DNA of 64,000 nucleotides from Oculina patagonica (Eukaryota): NCBI RefSeq assembly GCF_052425735.1, contig NC_135759.1, positions 34,782,001 to 34,846,000 of the forward strand, read 5' to 3'. Shown piece by piece: positions 61,048 to 64,000 of this stretch (position 1 is its first letter; each line of letters starts with the position of its first letter). The notes under the pieces were generated by a model. It saw only the letters and a program-made list of their open reading frames with translations, ran no database searches and was not told where the DNA came from. The position numbers and the translations under genes were made by a program.

Positions 61048-63188
61048 TTAATCCTTGACGTTAATAAACATTTTAAAATATTTTCCGTACTGGTTCACCC
61101 TGTATAGCACTCCATCGCGCAGTTTTAATTGTTTTCTCTGTTTCTGCCTCTTTTCTGGTATTTTGTCCTCTTCTTCGTCACTATCCTCCTCTTCATTACT
61201 CACTTCAGTTTCCCAAGGTTCGGTTTTCTGGTAAAATAAAACGCAATTTTTTGTCAATTGTAATGTTATGGTAAATATCGATTACGAGCCAACCTCGTTC
61301 ACAGAATCTCTCTCTCCCCGCCCACCAGAGCTCTGGGGGGCGGGGAGAGCAAGACCCTGGAAACGAGGTTGTCATCGAGCAGCCCCTCTTGTTTTTCAAA
61401 TGGCGAGTGGGGCGTCTAGACTAACAAAGAATAGAGACTGCTCTAAGTCGATGGGAGATCCAGGAGTACATTCTAATGAACAGTCATCGCACTACCCAAA
61501 AGTGCATTTCACAATTTTGTTTCAAACATTGTTGTAGTTAATCCACGTTAAATTCAAATCAATCTATTCAAACAAGCTACAAACCCGGCCAAAACTGTTG
61601 AGGCAATCAACGAAAGATTATAGTTTATTTCAGGGGGGAGGGGAGGGGGAGAGGGAGTATTAACTTTCAGAATCGGTTTCTCGTAGGGATAATAATGAAT
61701 TCTAGCCATCACAACAAAACGAGATTCAACTTACCCACGACTCATGATAAAGCACCGTGAACAAATACATGGCGTAATCTCGATTTTGTTTTCTTGTTGG
61801 GCACCTGAAAAGACAAACAAGGTTATGCAGACATTACTGTGATGGAGAACTGCCTGGCTTGTCACCCTTTGATAATAAAAAGATTGGTTTCTAATGAAAA
61901 TGAATGCTTCAGTACATTGGCAGGCAAGTGAAACACTAAAAACCTTACTGTTTCAAAAGTTAGCCCTTCGCTTCAACTGAGCAAGCAAGCTTGGGGATTT
62001 TGGGTCAAGTGATTAACTTAGGGTGCTTTCCAGTAATCAGGATGGGGAGTTAAAGCCGATGAAAATTCCATCACAATAACTGTGAATACAATTTAGCAAT
62101 TGAATGATCTAGCCGAACATGTTCTGATTAATATTGAAATTCCTCCAGTTTTGACTGGTAGTAAGCACCCTTAGTGTACATTAGAGGAAGCCGGTAATGA
62201 AAAACGCAGAAATAAGCTTAAAATTCAAGGGATGTTAAAATGCTAAAAAAAAATTCTCACTATTTTTTTAATGCCAGTGTTGCTAGGTTCTTATGCATGT
62301 AATAGAGGAAAAGACTGCAAACAGCCATGGTATTGGATGGAAGAACAGACGGGAAGATTGAAATGTTTGAAAAACATTAAAACCACGCAAGCACGTTGCG
62401 ACTTCTTTGAAAAAAGCTGCTCTATCATTATCACATCTCCATCTTGGATAAAATTCACTGCCAATTCAGTGAACACAGGCTCGCAAGGGCCTTTAATAAT
62501 CTGATAACAATAAAAATACTGTACCTGTCTGCTACAATGGTGAGCTCGTCAGTCTCTGGATCATAACGATCCTCCACAAGTTCAATCAACTTCTTTCTAG
62601 CATGATCATCTAATACCAGATCTTTCAGATAAACCTTATTTTTAAGTAAGAACAAAAGAAAATATGTAAGTTTAAACTGAATGACCCTTTCTCTCTCCTT
62701 TGTGGGCATACAGCTGTAGGTTGTTATATCATTAAGATAACAAGATTCTTCATTGTTCATAATCACATCTCTGACATTTTCCTAAGCTTGAGTGGGGTTT
62801 TACTAACAGAGGTTGTTGAAGCAACATAACATATCTTTACGACAACTACATAAGAAGGGCACTGTTCTTTGGGCTTGTCACACAATCCATCCGGCTTCCC
62901 AAAAAAAGGACTGGAAAGATAGCATCACGAGTCAAGAAACTGTCTGCATAGGAACCTAGTATAGGAGTTTATACAGTGCGTTTTGAGGGTTCTCAAACAG
63001 TGTACAGTGAGTTAAATGATAAATGTCTAAATCTTTGATTTTTAATTAGTGTTTCAACAGTACCTGAAGTTTAACTATCCTTGATCCAGGATGGTAAAGT
63101 GATGGTCCAGCAAATAAGTAGTTTTTGGATGTGATTCGTAACGGCATGCTGGAAAGGTCAAGGTTGCTTGGCCATTCAGTACATAATG
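61048..63188 (-). CDS. MRPS35: 28S ribosomal protein S35, mitochondrial (mS35), last 4 exons; 5' part outside window
   Basis: Exons 63188-63064 (LCTEWP...[16 protein letters not shown]), 62634-62525 ([29 protein letters not shown]), 61804-61735 ([24 protein letters not shown]), 61227-61048 (KTEPWE...*). Confidence 0.9.
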
Positions 63189-64000
63189 CTTACATGAAAA
63201 AAAAAGAAAAATAATAAGTTGAAATTCTTTCAACAGTTAAAATGCCACACAATTTCTGATCTACCCTTATTCAGTTGAGAAAAAGATTTATCAAGGTCAC
63301 AGGAATTGTATGTGAAACAATAAATTTTTAGAAAATGTACATTTTGTAATGAAAATAAGGCACACATGGTGCCTCAAGGAAATACAAAACTTTTCAGTCA
63401 AGTTGGTTTCAAATAGTACACAGAACGTTTTCACAAAGTTTATACTTTCGTTTTTTTTGTGTGATATTTTGTTCTACTGTATGTGTCACTGTGTATGAAG
63501 TCTCAGTTTACTTTCAAACTGAGCAATTTACATATTACACAATTTCCATTATTACCAGGGATACATGGACCTTGCATAATAAAAACATTTATGCAGCACA
63601 GGCAGCACTCACTTCTGTTATATTGTTAGATGTTACTCACGTTTTAAGGCTGCACAGTGTCTTTCAACAGCAGGAGGAGTTAGGTGAAAAAAGTTTGGTA
63701 TCTGAAAAAAAAAATCAAATATAATGTACATATTTTATAATACAGTAAACACCCGCGTGTAAGAACCTACAATTTTCTAAGTTTGGCAAAATAGGTTCTT
63801 GTATTTGGGGGTAGTTATTGGTAATTTAGGCTAAGTAGGTTCTTAATAAGGTTCTTAATTTCTAAGGAGGAGCCATAGTTTTTGATTGTACGCGAAGAAA
63901 AAAAATGGGTTTGGTCCTTCATTATGCAGCATTAATTTATTCATAACTGTAATAATAATAATAATAATTTAATAATTTATATAGCGCTTTTTACATGTGC

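Overview
Eukaryotic, AT-rich, intron-containing animal DNA. The repeat and gene content suggests a cnidarian, probably a stony coral (inference). Hand-spliced host genes: an acid/gastric-type lipase (7 coding exons, minus, one GC-AG intron), MRPL21 (8 exons, plus), three tandem intronless class A GPCRs (plus), WDR77/MEP50 (9 exons, minus) and the 3' part of MRPS35 (minus). A small 3-exon gene at 814-5464 (minus), invisible as a whole in the ORF track and apparently using a GC donor, encodes a predicted signal peptide, acidic spacer and Cys-rich core with alpha4/7-conotoxin-like spacing. This is the most novel-looking item. Between GPCR1 and GPCR2 lies a decayed DIRS1-type retroelement (RT, RNase H, methyltransferase-like domain, ALOG domain, tyrosine recombinase); both of its reading frames start at phase-0 splice acceptors. 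The rest is dense with SINEs, MITEs (several nested), LINE, Penelope and Academ fragments, and tandem arrays. All exon boundaries were read by eye and lack transcript support.
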